Shown here: positions 8,767 through 19,120 of the stretch, piece by piece | Position numbering within the stretch: position 1 is the first letter of the stretch | How the letters are laid out: the number at the start of each line of letters is the position of its first letter | DNA from: Candidatus Latescibacterota bacterium | Lineage (GTDB): Bacteria > Latescibacterota > UBA2968 | Assembly: GCA_965204745.1 (NCBI GenBank) | Contig: OZ242010.1 | Span: 3,200,001-3,264,000, forward strand | Length of the DNA stretch: 64,000 bases | Direction of reading: 5' to 3' | Made by a program: the position numbers and the translations under genes | The notes under the pieces: model-generated | Databases searched by the model: none | Told to the model about the DNA's origin: nothing | The model's input: the letters and a program-made list of their open reading frames with translations, nothing else

Positions 8767-10050
8767 TCACCACGCAACCATCGCGTCTTTGAACAGGCGC
8801 GTCAAGTCCTCGGCACCTGCGGGGCGCGGAGAGAGTTTGGTGACTCGGTGTTGGGGAAGCGTGCCTTTGACCAGCGCGGGGATGTCGCTTTCCGCGAACC
8901 CAATGGCGGAGAGTCCGTTGGGCACTTCGAGTTGCTTCATCAGGCTTACGATCTGATCCGCAAGAACGTGTCCTGCTCGCTCGGGCGACGCATCGGCGAT
9001 AGTCGCCCCCATGAGTTGCGCGGCGCAGAGGTGGCGATCCGGACACGCGGCCGCGGTAAAGCGAAACACAGCGGGCGCGGTGAGCACTACGGACATGCCG
9101 TGCGGGATGATCGCGTGCTTTGTGATCATGCCCTCGGGCTTGAAATCGCGCACCATGCCAGAGACCGGATACGACATGCCGTGGCACAGGTGAACCCCGG
9201 CATTCCCAAAGCCAATGCCCGCGAGAGATGCGGCCAAACTCATCTGTGCGCGGGCCTCGTCATCCTCCGGGTTGCGAACCGTGCGGGGCAGGTATTGCGT
9301 GGTCATCTCAATGGCTTTGCGTGCCCACATGTCGGAGATGGGATTGCTGCCCTGATACGCGGGCCGTTCGAGTGGTCGCTCGGGCATGGGCCGCTCGGTA
9401 TAGGGCATGGCGGTGAACGACTCCAAGGCGTGGCACAACACATCGAGGCCAGTCGCCGCTGCGATAGACGCGGGCATGGTGCGCGTGTTTTCCGGATCGA
9501 CGATGGCGAGGTCCGGCTTGAGGTGCCGGTGGGCAATGCCGGTTTTGACGTGCCGATCCGACAAGTCCATAATCGCCACCCCAGTGGTCTCGCTTCCCGT
9601 GCCCGCTGTGGTGGGTATGGCAATGAGGGGTTTGACCGGGCCGGGCACGGGTTTGCCCTGCCCGATAGGCGCGTTGATGTACGCGAAAAAATCATCGGGA
9701 TAGGTGGCGAACAAATTGGCGGCCTTGGCCGTGTCTATCGACGACCCGCCGCCAATGCCGACATAGCCCTCGTACTCGCCTTCAATGGCGACTGCTATCG
9801 CGTCTTTGAACGAGACATCTGTCGGCTCGACGCGCACCCGGTCAAACACGTCGTATTCAATGCCCTCGGACTCGAGGGCCTCTCGCGCAATTTGCACCGG
9901 GGGCAAGTTGACGAGGTTGGGATCCGTCACCACGAGCACGCGCCCAATGCCCATATCCGCCAAGTCCATGCCGACCTCACGCGTCGTCCCCACCCCAAAG
10001 CGCAGGTTTGACGCGCCCATTTGGAAGGCGGTGTCGGTTGATCTGTTCAT
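8767..10050 (-). CDS. Hydroxyacid-oxoacid transhydrogenase (HOT/ADHFE1-like iron-containing alcohol dehydrogenase)
   Basis: LRFGVGTTREVGMDL, GGGSSIDTAKAANL, YINAPIGQGKPVPGP, PTTAGTGSETTG, RPAYQGSNPISD, GVHLCHGMSYPVSG. Start reassigned to 10050 (AGGAG RBS). Confidence 0.92.
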   Translation of the reverse strand: MNRSTDTAFQMGASNLRFGVGTTREVGMDLADMGIGRVLVVTDPNLVNLPPVQIAREALESEGIEYDVFDRVRVEPTDVSFKDAIAVAIEGEYEGYVGIGGGSSIDTAKAANLFATYPDDFFAYINAPIGQGKPVPGPVKPLIAIPTTAGTGSETTGVAIMDLSDRHVKTGIAHRHLKPDLAIVDPENTRTMPASIAAATGLDVLCHALESFTAMPYTERPMPERPLERPAYQGSNPISDMWARKAIEMTTQYLPRTVRNPEDDEARAQMSLAASLAGIGFGNAGVHLCHGMSYPVSGMVRDFKPEGMITKHAIIPHGMSVVLTAPAVFRFTAAACPDRHLCAAQLMGATIADASPERAGHVLADQIVSLMKQLEVPNGLSAIGFAESDIPALVKGTLPQHRVTKLSPRPAGAEDLTRLFKDAMVAW

Positions 10051-10185
10051 TTTTTGATCTCCTGATGGATGTGCGATCCGCTCCGTTGCCCTGCGGCCCT
10101 GTTCAAGCGCGAGTAGCCAACCCTCTGTATAACAAAAAATTTTGGACTCGATCTCAAGGATCAAGTCCAATCGCACTTTAGTGCC

Positions 10186-11283
10186 TCATCTTTTGGGTGT
10201 GATGAAAATGATGTCACACGTTGTCACATAATTCCGCCCTTCCCAATCAAATTCCAAATCAAATCCTGGGCGATCATCGATCTGGTCGAGATGAGTATGA
10301 ATTTTTTGAAATAGAAGCGGTTTTGCCCGCTTCAATTTCCAAGATTCAAAAAAATGATTGAGATCGACAAGTACCAGATACAATCTATTGGAGGCATCGA
10401 AACGGCGGAAACCCTGATTTTCATAGAGCCAGCGAGCCAGTACCTCGGGTGCATTTTTTGCATTCTCCAAAATATCTAATCTCACGGTCTTCAACCCATC
10501 TACCAAATCGCCAGCACGGGAAGATGGATGATCGCCAATTTTTTGCCATAAATCTGGTAATAGTTTTGATTCGCGCATCGCGCGATCAAAATGTATGTCA
10601 TGTTCGCGGCAGAATCGCTTTAACTCGGTGATTTCCGTAGCTAATTTCCGGATTCTTCTCCGATCTTTAATATATCCCTCTGGCAGATATGTTACTTTTA
10701 GATCAAAGGGTACATTATTCAAAAAGAAATCGATCTTTTTAATTTTTCCCACCGCCGGTATGACTCGTGGATGGTCTTTGAAAATATCTTCTATGAGAAT
10801 GGATGTCCAATGATTAAACCAAGATGAGAGAACATAAGCTCTCATGCTGTGATGTAGCTCATTTTCAATAGAATCATTTAATTTGTCATAACACCAAATT
10901 TTCTTCACATAATTGTCAATGATTGTTTTTTCCAAACTATTCTGATACAGTCCACCCCACTCAAAGGAATCGACTTTATACAATTCGCTAATAAGCTCAT
11001 CTTCCATTTTTTGGCGATCTCGGCGTTCTTCGGAAAATATCGCATTGATTGCGCCATCGATTATATCATCGGTTACTTTAGAATTTTCATATAAATATTT
11101 CAACCAATCTTTTGATCTTGCACTGGGTAAAGGCAAGTGGCAAATTTCAAAAAGACGCGCCATGTAATCTTTTCTCGACAGGGAACGTAATTTTAAAAAT
11201 CGGAGGCCTTCAGGGGCCTGCCCCAGTTCTCTGATTCGATCATCTCTGAAAGCCTCATTGGCTTGGTCAAATGAATAGGGCAT
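10186..11283 (-). CDS. Putative type II restriction endonuclease
   Basis: PD-(D/E)XK-like IDFF...PFDLKVT motif; ATG directly abuts the MTase stop; AT-rich. Confidence 0.7.
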   Translation of the reverse strand: MPYSFDQANEAFRDDRIRELGQAPEGLRFLKLRSLSRKDYMARLFEICHLPLPSARSKDWLKYLYENSKVTDDIIDGAINAIFSEERRDRQKMEDELISELYKVDSFEWGGLYQNSLEKTIIDNYVKKIWCYDKLNDSIENELHHSMRAYVLSSWFNHWTSILIEDIFKDHPRVIPAVGKIKKIDFFLNNVPFDLKVTYLPEGYIKDRRRIRKLATEITELKRFCREHDIHFDRAMRESKLLPDLWQKIGDHPSSRAGDLVDGLKTVRLDILENAKNAPEVLARWLYENQGFRRFDASNRLYLVLVDLNHFFESWKLKRAKPLLFQKIHTHLDQIDDRPGFDLEFDWEGRNYVTTCDIIFITPKR

Positions 11284-12786
11284 TCATTTCACTCCTGCTC
11301 GAGGTTTGGGCAAATTGGAAGTCCAATCTCTCATGGCAACAAATTTATCACGTATTTTTTTGCTATATTTTTTATTTTTGTCTTTGCAGAAAATGAGCAC
11401 GTAATCCTGTTTTAGCCCTCCTCTGCGATTGTCCTGTACGACAGACCCGGCTGAGTAATTCATGGGAAAACAGCCGATATAATGCAGTTGGTTTTGAAGA
11501 TATTTTATGCTGCGCCAATGATTTCTTTCTCTGGCATTGAACAACAAAGCTAAGCATCCATTGTCGACCAAAACTCTTGTTGCTTGCGCGTAAAACTCTA
11601 CCATCCTCATTTCGTACTGTTCCACTGAAGCATAATTTCTCTCCAAAGCATTTGATATTACAATTTCTTTTTCGAAACGAGCGGTTTTGCCGAGAATCGC
11701 ATTCCACATCTCACTTAACTCGAGATAGGGTATTCGGTCTCCATGAGGAGGATCTGTCAAAACCAATTTTACACACCCATTGGGTAAATTTCTCAGGACC
11801 TCCACAGAATCATTTTCAATGAGAGAGATAGATTTTCCATGGATGAGAACTTCTGCTGATGACGCGCTAATTTCAACCCGGCGGGTGTCCTCAATTTTTT
11901 GTATCGCTTTCAGCAATTTTTTTGCCCTATTCTCAAAACAATTCCAAACATTGACCTCAAAATGCAATGGAGGTCGCCAGTATCCTATAACCCAACTCCC
12001 AACTTCGATTTTATCTGATTTTTTGCCAGCCATCTTCCCGCGTCGCCTCACGGCAAAAACCATTTTTGTCATCTGCCCAGACGCTGCCGTCAAAGTAAGG
12101 AAAAGAGGTCTGTGGAGCTTTTTGGGTTGCAAAAAGATAAAATCCAAAATGAGATCGATATTTCTGAGGGCGCGCCCCGTGAACAAATCCGTAAGCAATA
12201 AGTCTCGATGCACATTGATTCTCGAGTTTGTGAAGAATTTTGGCGACCGGATATGCCGAGAGTGATAGCCCTCATATTTATTGAATAACCGAATATCAAA
12301 GCGGGTTGGCTCTAACTCAACCCTGCCTCTTTCCCTCGCCCCACATCGCCAGACTTTTGTGAGTTCTGTATGTTGCCAGAGGTAATGCGTTGCAAGCCAC
12401 CCATTCTCCAACTGATAGCTTTCATCAATCAGTGGCTTAACACAGGTCCGTAAACGTTCCAAAGCATTCTTATATTCACGCGGAGAAGGCAAATTTACGA
12501 GCAGCTTTGACAACTCAATCGAAAGCGGATTAATATCAATGCCAATGAATTTTCGTTTGAGATCGAGTGCTTCTCGTGCGATCAATCCCGATCCCAAAAA
12601 AGGATCGACAACCAAATCGCCTTCCACCGTTAGTTCATGGATCAAAAATTCCCAACACTCTGTCGGTTTTTTGCCCCAATATTTGTGAAAAGCCGCAAGC
12701 CCTTTATATCCCTCGGGGTTGTAAAAACCATTGGCTATTTGTGTTATCGCATTGGGAAATTCGATAGCCATCTGCTGTTTCGCCAT
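11284..12786 (-). CDS. DNA amino-methyltransferase (N6-A/N4-C)
   Basis: FHKYWGKKP, motif I VVDPFLGSG, motif IV LTDPPH, YLELSEMWNA. Confidence 0.88.
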   Translation of the reverse strand: MAKQQMAIEFPNAITQIANGFYNPEGYKGLAAFHKYWGKKPTECWEFLIHELTVEGDLVVDPFLGSGLIAREALDLKRKFIGIDINPLSIELSKLLVNLPSPREYKNALERLRTCVKPLIDESYQLENGWLATHYLWQHTELTKVWRCGARERGRVELEPTRFDIRLFNKYEGYHSRHIRSPKFFTNSRINVHRDLLLTDLFTGRALRNIDLILDFIFLQPKKLHRPLFLTLTAASGQMTKMVFAVRRRGKMAGKKSDKIEVGSWVIGYWRPPLHFEVNVWNCFENRAKKLLKAIQKIEDTRRVEISASSAEVLIHGKSISLIENDSVEVLRNLPNGCVKLVLTDPPHGDRIPYLELSEMWNAILGKTARFEKEIVISNALERNYASVEQYEMRMVEFYAQATRVLVDNGCLALLFNARERNHWRSIKYLQNQLHYIGCFPMNYSAGSVVQDNRRGGLKQDYVLIFCKDKNKKYSKKIRDKFVAMRDWTSNLPKPRAGVK

Positions 12787-13051
12787 TTTTCATCACCCCA
12801 TCCACAGAACGCAATTATATTGTTTTTTCCGCGGTGAATATAGTTTAATATTTTTTTCGTTCCAGATGTTTTTTGTTTTATTCCCGTTCTTTGAATGTCT
12901 GAGAAGTTGTCTTAAACCGAAAGATGCCATCCCCCCGGCCTCTCTCCGCAATGGGCAGGGGAGATGTTATTTTTCTTGAGAAATGGTAGCCAACGATGGA
13001 AAAAGCCGTCACAATTTGTGGCGGCTTTTGTTTGGAGAGAAGGGCTCGCAC

Positions 13052-13981
13052 TCACTTCTGTCTCAACCTATCGACCACTACGGCGATGACGATGATCGCG
13101 CCCGTGGCGATTTCTTGTACCCAATTCGGCAAGCCCATCTGCGAACAACCCGCGCGAATGACGGTCATGATCAGCGCGCCGACCACGCTACCGAGCACCG
13201 AGCCTTCGCCGCCCGCGAGGCTTCCGCCGCCGATGACCACGGCGGCGATCACGTCGAGTTCAAGCCCGACCGCGACCGTGGGATCGCCGACTGTGAGGCG
13301 CGAAAATTGGAGGAGACCCGCCAGGCCCGCGGAGGTTCCGGCAAGGGTATAGACGAGCACTTTGAGGGCTTCCACGCGAACGCCGCACAACCGCGCCGTG
13401 TTCTCATTCGAGCCAATGGCGACGATGTGTTTGCCCGCGCGGGTATAGGCCAAGAAGCCGCCGGTGATCAGGGCGAGGACGACGAGCAACCAGACCCCGG
13501 GCGGGAGCAACCACCACGCGCCGGGGGGCAGTGCCGCGAGCAGGTCGATGAGATAGGTGAGAGGGGCGTCAATTTTTTGTTCGCCAGCGAGGCCCTTGGC
13601 AATGCCGCGCACGATCAAGAGCGTGCCCAAGGTGGCGATAAACGGCACGACGCGAAACCGGGTGATGATCGCGCCATTGACAAAACCGCACAGGGCGCCG
13701 GTGAGAATGCCGATGAGAGACGCGCTGATGGGAGACGCGCCCGCTTGCAGAGCCGCGGCGATGGTGACAGTGGCAAGCGCGATGATCGACCCCACGGACA
13801 AGTCGATGCCCCCTGCGATGATGACCAACGTCATGCCCAGCGCAGCCGTGCCCACAATCGCGGTTTGACGCGCGATAGTCTCGAGGGTGCGCCCGCTACC
13901 AAAACTGTCCGGGCCGATCAGGACGAACAGGCCATAGACCGCGACCAGGCCGAGCACAGGGGCAAAGCGCGAAAGGGGCAT
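13052..13981 (-). CDS. Sugar ABC transporter permease (RbsC-like)
   Basis: GMTLVIIAGGIDLSVGS, VPFIATLG, AIGSNENTARLCGV, LELDVIAAVVIGGGSL. Start at 13981 in TGATG overlap. Confidence 0.93.
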   Translation of the reverse strand: MPLSRFAPVLGLVAVYGLFVLIGPDSFGSGRTLETIARQTAIVGTAALGMTLVIIAGGIDLSVGSIIALATVTIAAALQAGASPISASLIGILTGALCGFVNGAIITRFRVVPFIATLGTLLIVRGIAKGLAGEQKIDAPLTYLIDLLAALPPGAWWLLPPGVWLLVVLALITGGFLAYTRAGKHIVAIGSNENTARLCGVRVEALKVLVYTLAGTSAGLAGLLQFSRLTVGDPTVAVGLELDVIAAVVIGGGSLAGGEGSVLGSVVGALIMTVIRAGCSQMGLPNWVQEIATGAIIVIAVVVDRLRQK

Positions 13982-15474
13982 CACGCGGCGACCTCCTGTG
14001 CGGTGGCTTCGAGCATGAGGCCGTGTTCGCTGCACTGCTCAACGGGCCGCGGCGCGCCCAAGCGGCCGCGGTGCATGATCGCAATGCGGTCGCACGCGCC
14101 GAGGAGTTCGGGCATGGAACTGCTGACGAGGAGAATGGCCTTGCCCCGCGCGGCGAGTTGGTCGATCAAGCGGTAAATCTCGGCTTTGCTGGCGATGTCG
14201 ATGCCGCGCGTGGGTTCGTCCAACAAAAGGCAATCCACATTGTGGTAGAGCAACCGGGCGAGGGCGACTTTTTGCTGGTTGCCCCCGGACAAATCCGCAA
14301 TGTCTCGCCAGGGCCCGGGCGTGCGAATGCCGAGGCGGGCGATCCACGTTTGGGCAATGGCGCGCAGGGTTTTTGGCATGACGATCCGCCCCGGCAAGCG
14401 CGAGAGCGCGAGGTTGTCGGCTACGCTCATCCCTCGGGCCAAGCCCTCGGCATTGCGATCCTCGCTGAGCAAGCCCATGCCCTGCGCGAGGCGTTGCGAT
14501 GGCCGCGCCCAACCGGTATGGTGCGCGAACGCGATATGGCCCTTGCGAATCCGGGACAGGCCAAACAGGGCGCGCAACAGTTCCGTGCGCCCCGCGCCAA
14601 TGAGGCCGCCGATGCCCAAGACCTCCCCGCGACAGAGCACGAGAGACGCGCTGTGCGGCAAGGGATCAGCCGAGAGGTCCGACAGATCGAGGAGGGGATC
14701 GCCCAGCGTGCGATGGGAGCGCGGAAAAAAGTCGTCGATTTCCCGCCCGACCATGAGGTGGACGATGTCCGAAATCGGCGTGCGGGCCACATCGCCATTG
14801 CCCGCGGTTTTTCCGTCTCGCAAAACCGTGAACCGATCCGCGATTTCTTTCACCTCTTCCAAGACGTGCGAGATAAAGACGATAGCCATACCGCGCTTTT
14901 TCAGGCGGCGCATAGCGCGAAACAGCCGGTTCGCATCCGCGCGCGTGAGGCTGCTGGTGGGTTCGTCCAAGACCAAGACCCGGCATCGAACGCACAGGGC
15001 GCGGGCGATTTCCACGATCTGCTGTTCCGCGATGCCCAAGGTGCTCACCCGCGCCTGGGGATCGATGTCCGCGTGGTCGAGTTCTGCAAGGGCGTTTTGA
15101 ACCAGCGCACGCATGGTCGATTTTTGCAACACCCCGCCCCGAGTGATTTCCATGCCCAACAACACATTTTCCGCAACCGTGAGATGCGGCGCCAGGGAGA
15201 GTTCCTGATAGATCATGGCGACGCCCTGTTGCCGCGCGTGCATCGGATTGGCCGGCGCGAAGGGCACGTTATCGACGCGCATCTCGCCCGCATCGGCTTG
15301 CAATGCGCCCGAAAGCACTTTCATCAACGTGCTTTTGCCCGCGCCATTCTCGCCGATGAGCGCGTGGATTTCCCCTCGCGGAACGGCAAAGTCAATGCCA
15401 CCGAGCGCGACCGTCGCACCGAAGCTCTTGCAAATCCCGCGCATGGCAAATCGGGGGGGTGTGGACATGGGCAT
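13981..15474 (-). CDS. Sugar ABC transporter ATP-binding protein (RbsA-like, two NBDs)
   Basis: GENGAGKSTL, LVLDEPT, LSGGNQQKV, LLDEPTRGID. Confidence 0.93.
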   Translation of the reverse strand: MPMSTPPRFAMRGICKSFGATVALGGIDFAVPRGEIHALIGENGAGKSTLMKVLSGALQADAGEMRVDNVPFAPANPMHARQQGVAMIYQELSLAPHLTVAENVLLGMEITRGGVLQKSTMRALVQNALAELDHADIDPQARVSTLGIAEQQIVEIARALCVRCRVLVLDEPTSSLTRADANRLFRAMRRLKKRGMAIVFISHVLEEVKEIADRFTVLRDGKTAGNGDVARTPISDIVHLMVGREIDDFFPRSHRTLGDPLLDLSDLSADPLPHSASLVLCRGEVLGIGGLIGAGRTELLRALFGLSRIRKGHIAFAHHTGWARPSQRLAQGMGLLSEDRNAEGLARGMSVADNLALSRLPGRIVMPKTLRAIAQTWIARLGIRTPGPWRDIADLSGGNQQKVALARLLYHNVDCLLLDEPTRGIDIASKAEIYRLIDQLAARGKAILLVSSSMPELLGACDRIAIMHRGRLGAPRPVEQCSEHGLMLEATAQEVAA

Positions 15475-15593
15475 TCCTCAAAAAAGCAACCGCTGGAGAT
15501 GTTGAGAATCGGGCAGGCACGGGGGACCTACGATGAACCGGTCAGGTGTACCCCGTTCCGTCTCGTCGGCTATCTTGCGGACCATCTGTGGAT

Positions 15594-16253
15594 TCAAAGC
15601 CTCCCGCTGACCCACTGAATGCCCCGCAACAGCACGGTTTGAAAATTGTCGTCTTGCCACGTCTGATTGTCATGCCCGCTTTGCAGGCAGAAGACCCGCG
15701 TGTTCTCGTAGTGCCGCGTCCAGCCAATCGCCTGCATGCACTTTGGATGCGTGGTCGTCAACAGCACGCGACTCGTTGCATCCGGCTCGCCCATCACGTA
15801 CGTCTCGTCGATCATCTCCCAATCGGACAGGCCCTGCGTAATGGGATGATCCCGGTCAGCGACCCGGATCGGCATGACCTCATCATGGCTAAACGACTCA
15901 AACGATCCCGCAACAACCCCGGCCATCTCGACCCACGGCATCCAATCTGGAAAGGCCAAAATCGCGTGGTGCAACAACACGACCCCCTTGCCCGTCGCAA
16001 GCCAGGCCCCCAATGCGGTCCGCGGTCGGCCCATCCACCCGGGGCGGTTCGCATCCGTCGGCCCTTCCTTGTGCATGTTGTAAAACACGGTCACGTCGTA
16101 AAAATCGCGCGCCTGTTCTCGCGCCGCCGCAAAATCCTCCAACGGCTGGATATACGCATCCACGCCTTGCAAATTGCGAAACAACCCGTGAAAATTCGGC
16201 ACGTCAAAACGATGCCCGCCGGTCACTACGGCGACTTTCATGCTGTTGGACAT
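15594..16253 (-). CDS. ThuA-like (class I glutamine amidotransferase-like) domain protein
   Basis: VVTGGHRFD, GKGVVLLHHA, HPITQGL, DETY, IGWTRHY, SGHD; start moved to MSNSMK (AAAGGAG RBS). Confidence 0.85.
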   Translation of the reverse strand: MSNSMKVAVVTGGHRFDVPNFHGLFRNLQGVDAYIQPLEDFAAAREQARDFYDVTVFYNMHKEGPTDANRPGWMGRPRTALGAWLATGKGVVLLHHAILAFPDWMPWVEMAGVVAGSFESFSHDEVMPIRVADRDHPITQGLSDWEMIDETYVMGEPDATSRVLLTTTHPKCMQAIGWTRHYENTRVFCLQSGHDNQTWQDDNFQTVLLRGIQWVSGRL

Positions 16254-16440
16254 AGTCCGTCTCCTTTCATGTGATCTCCCCGCCACCGCCCTGCCGCCCG
16301 TGCGTGCCCTTCCTTACCCCACCGCCCCGTGTGCGATCCCCCCCCCGCCGCTCCGCCGCCCGTGCGTGCCCATCCCTTCCTCACCCCGCCGTGTGCGTGA
16401 CCCCATGTATCTCGGGGGCATCGCCCCTACACATATCGCT

Positions 16441-16499
16441 CATCTTTGAACGGCTGTCGCCAGTTGTACCCCGCTCGTGGCTAAAATCCGATCTTCCTA
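16441..16499. repeat. Dispersed intergenic repeat (CACGAGCGGGGTACAACTGGCGAYAGCC.GTTCAAA family)
   Basis: Reverse complement matches 62370-62405; the CCCCGCTCGTGGCTAAAATCC part recurs at 18017-18037. Confidence 0.65.
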
Positions 16500-16505
16500 T
16501 CCGCT

Positions 16506-17957
16506 CTATCGCCCTCTATGGGTTTCCCAGACAGGACGCTCCTGCCACGGGTCAAACTCGGGATTTTCGCGGGGAATTTTGGCTTCGATCTCCGTTTGCC
16601 AGGTTTTCAAAAGCCCCAGCAGCCGGTCTCGCACTTCGGGCAATTGATCGGACAAGTCGTTTTCCTCGCCGATGTCAGCGCGCAGATCGTACAGCTCGAC
16701 GTGTCCGGATTCAAAAAATTCGATCAACTTGTAATCGCCAGCGCGCACAGAGGCACCTGGAGTGCCGCCCTGATTGCCGTAATGCGGGAAATGCCAGTAA
16801 ATCGCGTCGCGCGCCAAGTCGCCTCCCGCGAGCAGGGGCGCGAGGCTCATGCCATCGCAATGCTGGTCCGGGATGGGGTCGAGACCGGCCATGTCCAGCA
16901 TGGTCGGGTAAAAATCCGTGCTGGTCACGGGCGCGTCACACGCGGTGCCCGCACGGGTGATGCCCGGCCATTTGACGATCAGGGGTTCGCGCGTGCCCCC
17001 TTCGTACATCCAGCCCTTGCCTTCGGACAGGGGCGCGTTGCACGTCGGCGACCCCTCGCTCGTCGCCAAGCCTCCATTGTCCGAGGTCAACAAAATCGCG
17101 GTCTCGTCGGCAATGCCCGCGTTTTCCAACGCATCCAAAATCCGGCCCACATTGTCATCCATGCTCTCGATCATCGCCGCGTACACCGGATCGGATTGCA
17201 CGTTTCGCCTCGTGATGCGCCTGTCTTTCTTGTGTTCCGCTGGGAAAAAGTCGCCCTCTTCAAACGGATCGATTTTGTTCAAGCCGAGTGCGCGAGCCTT
17301 GTTTTCGTACTTCTCGATCTTCTCCTGTTTCGCCTGAATGGGCGTATGCACTGTGTAGTACCACAGGTTTAGGAAGAAAGGTCGATCATCGCGGTTCTCG
17401 ATGAAGTCCAAGACCCGATCCGTCAAATAATCCGTCAAATACGTGCCGTCGGGCACATCCGCGTCTTCCAACCCGGCAATGGTCCACGGACTAAAATAAC
17501 CGCCGCGCCCGGGCGATCCCATTTCACACCCGCCCACATTCACGTCAAACCCGTGGTCTTGCGGATAATGCCCCGGCCCGCCCAAGTGCCATTTGCCGAC
17601 GTGCCAAGTCGCATAGCCCCCCGCCTTGAGCGCGCGTGCAATCGCGTGTTCCTCGCGGGGCAGATGCTTCAAATAAGGCACGTCGATCAACTTGCCGCGG
17701 TTGGGATGGTTGCCGCCGCCCCAGTCGATGAAATTCGTCACCCCGACCCGCGCCGGATATTTCCCGCTCATCACACTCGCGCGCGTTGGCGAACACACCG
17801 GGCACGCCGCGTACGCATCGGTGAACCGCACCCCCTCGGCACTCAACCGATCCAAATTGGGCGTTTCGTAAAACGCACTCCCATAACAACTCGCATCCGC
17901 CCAGCCGTAATCGTCCAACAAGATGAAGATGATGTTGGGTTTTTTCATTCGCATCAC
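16506..17957 (-). CDS. Formylglycine-dependent sulfatase (family S1)
   Basis: KPNIIFILLDDYG, CSPTRASVMSG (CxPxR), VGKWHLG, TSDNGG, KGWMYEGGTREP; no signal peptide. Confidence 0.95.
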   Translation of the reverse strand: MMRMKKPNIIFILLDDYGWADASCYGSAFYETPNLDRLSAEGVRFTDAYAACPVCSPTRASVMSGKYPARVGVTNFIDWGGGNHPNRGKLIDVPYLKHLPREEHAIARALKAGGYATWHVGKWHLGGPGHYPQDHGFDVNVGGCEMGSPGRGGYFSPWTIAGLEDADVPDGTYLTDYLTDRVLDFIENRDDRPFFLNLWYYTVHTPIQAKQEKIEKYENKARALGLNKIDPFEEGDFFPAEHKKDRRITRRNVQSDPVYAAMIESMDDNVGRILDALENAGIADETAILLTSDNGGLATSEGSPTCNAPLSEGKGWMYEGGTREPLIVKWPGITRAGTACDAPVTSTDFYPTMLDMAGLDPIPDQHCDGMSLAPLLAGGDLARDAIYWHFPHYGNQGGTPGASVRAGDYKLIEFFESGHVELYDLRADIGEENDLSDQLPEVRDRLLGLLKTWQTEIEAKIPRENPEFDPWQERPVWETHRGR

Positions 17958-18051
17958 TCCTTCCGTGTGTGCCCTTCCACTCCACCCTGCCGCCCGTGCG
18001 TGCCCAACCGCTCCGCCCCCGCTCGTGGCTAAAATCCCATCTTACCTCTAG

Positions 18052-18828
18052 TCAATCCGTCTGTTGCGTGCTGATTTCGTCTTCTGAAATTTTGTGGACG
18101 CTCTTGGGGTTGAAAGTCTGTTGCGTGTCGATGCGGAGCGCGACCTCGATGCGCCCGCCGGTCAGAACGAAAAACTGAATCAAAAAGCCCCCGCCTTGCA
18201 TGGTCTCCACCTGATAGGCCGACTCATCTAACCCGTCGAGCAACTCGGGCAGGACAGCTTCAAACTGCGGATGTTGCGTGACCTCGGCTGGCAACGCCAT
18301 GATCAACGTGCCCGGATCGGTTTCGAGATAATACCCAATGCGTTGCCGCGCATTGACCATGTGGGCGATCACCTCGCACGCATAGCCGAAATCCCCCTCG
18401 CTGCGCCGCAAAGGCGGCACGATGCCCCACGTGAGATGGTGGATAAAGGGATTGTCATACCCCTGCCGAATCATCTGATTGAGCGCGGCCATGTCAACTG
18501 GATGCACCACGGCTACGTACCGAAACCACCCCCGATCAAGTGCCGGATGACCATCGGGCAACCCCGAAGGCACGTTGATATAATCCCGCTCATCCACGGG
18601 CGAGGGATAGCACTTGGTATCCCATCCCGCGATGTACCCCACGGTCTTCAACGGCCCCGCAATCAGATGCGGCGGGTCCGTAAAAATCGCCGCGTGATCC
18701 ATATTGGGATACAACTCGACGCCCGCCCCCGAGATCTTTTCCGCGACCTCCAAGGCTTCGTCAAAGCGCTCATACGCATTCCCAATCTGAAGCACCGAAT
18801 GAAAATCCTCTGGCAAGATGCAGTCCAT
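18052..18828 (-). CDS. Hypothetical protein, possible VOC/HPPD-like metalloenzyme
   Basis: ORF with AGGAGG RBS before MDCILP; motifs DHAAIF, IHHLTW, FLIQFF..GRIEVALR. Confidence 0.65.
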   Translation of the reverse strand: MDCILPEDFHSVLQIGNAYERFDEALEVAEKISGAGVELYPNMDHAAIFTDPPHLIAGPLKTVGYIAGWDTKCYPSPVDERDYINVPSGLPDGHPALDRGWFRYVAVVHPVDMAALNQMIRQGYDNPFIHHLTWGIVPPLRRSEGDFGYACEVIAHMVNARQRIGYYLETDPGTLIMALPAEVTQHPQFEAVLPELLDGLDESAYQVETMQGGGFLIQFFVLTGGRIEVALRIDTQQTFNPKSVHKISEDEISTQQTD

Positions 18829-19120
18829 AACGTCCTCCCTCCTGTTGGTTGATGGGAAACAAAGGAACCAGCCATCCATTTCGCTCTCGTCCGTAAAATA
18901 AGCCGATTTTCCGACATTCGTCAAACAAAATAAGCCCGCGGCGAGGGAATGAAGCATTGCACATTCTCATCCATCTCCCCCTCAAAATTGAACATCTCGT
19001 TCTCCTTTGCCACTTGACCGTGTGAGCACGTACGCGCGTAACTATATGATTTAACGCCTCTTGCGCCATGTTCCCAAACTCGGCACGCGATTTGCGAGGG
19101 GTACGAGCGCGAGGTCTGAG

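Noticed and set aside
2505-17372. Long plus-strand ORFs opposite real genes (e.g. 2505-3872, 4720-6531, 8752-10011, 12983-14176, 14023-15618)
   Set aside because: Antisense shadows typical of high-GC coding DNA; no recognisable motifs
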